From: Candidatus Woesearchaeota archaeon
GTDB taxonomy: Archaea > Nanobdellota > Nanobdellia > Woesearchaeales > JAZDKJ01
DNA: 64,000 nucleotides
NCBI GenBank assembly: GCA_043803105.1
Contig: JAZDKJ010000008.1
Location: 96,001-160,000, forward strand
Direction: 5' to 3'
How positions within the stretch are numbered: the first letter of the stretch is position 1; the number at the start of each line of letters is the position of its first letter. The notes under the pieces were generated by a model. That model saw only the letters and a list, made by a program, of their open reading frames with translations, was not told the DNA's origin and ran no database searches. Both the position numbers and the translations under genes were made by a program. Below are positions 62,444 through 64,000 of this stretch, piece after piece.

Positions 62444-63439
62444 ATGATCGTCCTCGGGATCGAAACGACCGCGCACACGTTCGGCGTGGCGCTGCTCGAC
62501 GTGAAGAGCTTCTCAGAGAAGAGGGTGCTCTGCAACCTCCGCGACCTCTATACGACAGAGAAGGGTGGCCTGATCCCGAACAAGCTCGCGGAGCACCACG
62601 AGGAGGTCTGCGACGGCCTGTTGAAGAAGGCGTTCGAGCAGACTGGTTTGTCGATGAAGGACGTCGACCTAATCGCGCTCAGTAACGCTCCGGGGCTTGG
62701 TCACGCGCTGAAGGTCGGTTCCTTGTTCGCTCGGAGCTTGGCTTTAGTTCATAAAAAACCGATAATTGGAGTTAATCATTGTATCGCTCATCTTGAGGTC
62801 GCTTCCTTGGTCACCGACGCGAAAGATCCCGTCCTCTTGTATTGTTCCGGCGCGAACACGCAGGTGATCGCGTACGACGGCGGCAAATATAGGATTTTTG
62901 GCGAGACTCTCGATACCGGCATCGGGAATTTCCTCGACACGTTCGCCCGGGATCTCGAGCTCGGATTCCCTGGCGGGCCGAAAATAGAGAAACTTGCCCT
63001 CGACGGCAAAAAGTACATTCCTTTGCCGTATAGTGTGAAGGGGATGGACGTCGCGTTCTCAGGGATATTGACGCATCTCGAGCGGAAGCTCATCGGCAAG
63101 GAGAAGAACGAGGATATTTGCTTCTCTGTCCAGGAGACCGTCTTCGCGATGCTCGTCGAAGTGGCGGAGCGCGCGATGGCGCACTGCGACAAAAAGGAGC
63201 TCGTCCTCGGCGGCGGCGTTGCGTGCAACAAGCGGCTCCAGGAGATGTGCCGCCTCATGTGCGACGCGCGCGGCGCGACGTGCTATGTGCCCGCGAACGA
63301 GTTCCTCGTCGACAATGCGGCGATGATTGCCTGGACTGGCTGGGTGATGCACGTCAAAGGAGGAATTTCTCACGACGCTGCGTCGCTCGAGATCCTGCCG
63401 TACGAGCGGACGGATGACGTTGACGTGACGTGGCGCTAG
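62444..63439 (+). CDS. kae1: tRNA N6-threonylcarbamoyladenosine synthase Kae1
   Basis: LGIETTAHT, VNHCIAH, SGANTQ, GETLD, GGVACN, DNAAMIA. Confidence 0.95.
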   Translation: MIVLGIETTAHTFGVALLDVKSFSEKRVLCNLRDLYTTEKGGLIPNKLAEHHEEVCDGLLKKAFEQTGLSMKDVDLIALSNAPGLGHALKVGSLFARSLALVHKKPIIGVNHCIAHLEVASLVTDAKDPVLLYCSGANTQVIAYDGGKYRIFGETLDTGIGNFLDTFARDLELGFPGGPKIEKLALDGKKYIPLPYSVKGMDVAFSGILTHLERKLIGKEKNEDICFSVQETVFAMLVEVAERAMAHCDKKELVLGGGVACNKRLQEMCRLMCDARGATCYVPANEFLVDNAAMIAWTGWVMHVKGGISHDAASLEILPYERTDDVDVTWR

Positions 63440-63462
63440 TTCTTGCGCGTTCTTTCTCTGTT

Positions 63463-63563
63463 CTGGCGTCACGGAGACTTACTGCTCCTTCGTCGCAGCA
63501 AATTGCGATTTTGACCCTGCATGAATCGGGTCAAAATCTGATTTTGCTCCAAGGTGACGCCAG
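63463..63563 (+). repeat. structured repeat, copy 2
   Basis: Same core as copy 1 in inverted orientation; outer stem CTGGCGTCAC/GTGACGCCAG. Confidence 0.9.
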
Positions 63564-63573
63564 TGAATGGTGT

Positions 63574-63819
63574 TCATGTCTGTTTCGGGAGGTCGCGTTC
63601 TTCCCTGAACGTCCCGACGGGCGTGTAGATGGTCACTTCTCGCGGCGTGTAGTTTGTTCCTCTGCGTTCGAGCAGGACATCGAGGCCACCGTTCGGGTTC
63701 TTGGCGCCGCGGACCATGACGAGCAGGCCTCCACCGTCGTCCATCGAGATGTCGTACTGTGCGTGGCGCAGATAGTCGATAATCATCGGGAGCAACGTCC
63801 CGGGCTTCTTTTCAGTCAT
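63574..63819 (-). CDS. small hypothetical protein
   Basis: MTEKKPG with GGAG SD; codon usage matches neighbours. Confidence 0.55.
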   Translation of the reverse strand: MTEKKPGTLLPMIIDYLRHAQYDISMDDGGGLLVMVRGAKNPNGGLDVLLERRGTNYTPREVTIYTPVGTFREERDLPKQT

Positions 63820-64000
63820 GGTTTTCTCTCCGCGGAAAGCCGCTTCCCTTGCTCGGCAGAACTCCTTAATATGCGTTCGCGAGAAAATCTCGGGAGTATT
63901 TCGAGAAAAAGAACGAATATTTATTATCACTAGAGATTATTCGAGAACGTTCTTTCTTCTTCCGTTCCTTCTCTCTAATCCATCTTCTTGATTCGCGCGA

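Noticed and set aside
60236-63554. Composite transposon bounded by the 53-bp inverted repeats
   Set aside because: No transposase or target-site duplication, and it encloses the core gene kae1.

Overview
This window is an archaeal chromosome segment, most consistent with a DPANN (Woesearchaeota-like) organism. It carries TFB, TFE, ZPR1, deoxyhypusine synthase, Kae1, Trm112, eL41 and SepF, together with bacterial-type ThrRS and IspH, and a 16S-tRNA(Ala)-23S operon with no 5S seen. Six tRNA genes each carry 2-3 introns, mostly at non-canonical positions. The 16S has three short insertions plus a group II-like intron encoding a LAGLIDADG endonuclease. The 23S has a group I intron plus two short insertions. 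The main leads are: (1) an integrase-less tandem array of four small gene cassettes downstream of tRNA-Glu(TTC), separated by ~45-bp tRNA-derived hairpin-like sites; (2) a shared CAGC-Tn-hairpin-An-CCTGGGAAA module in several tRNA introns, a 16S intron and, in antisense orientation, upstream of a tRNA; (3) the group II/LAGLIDADG 16S intron with a 5'-terminal insert; (4) an exported MltB-like peptidoglycan lytic transglycosylase and a peptide deformylase in an archaeon; (5) an in-frame TAG within an Mtq2-kinase fusion; (6) a sharp codon-usage change after the 23S, with a covarying structured inverted repeat. All calls come from motif reading only; no searches were run.
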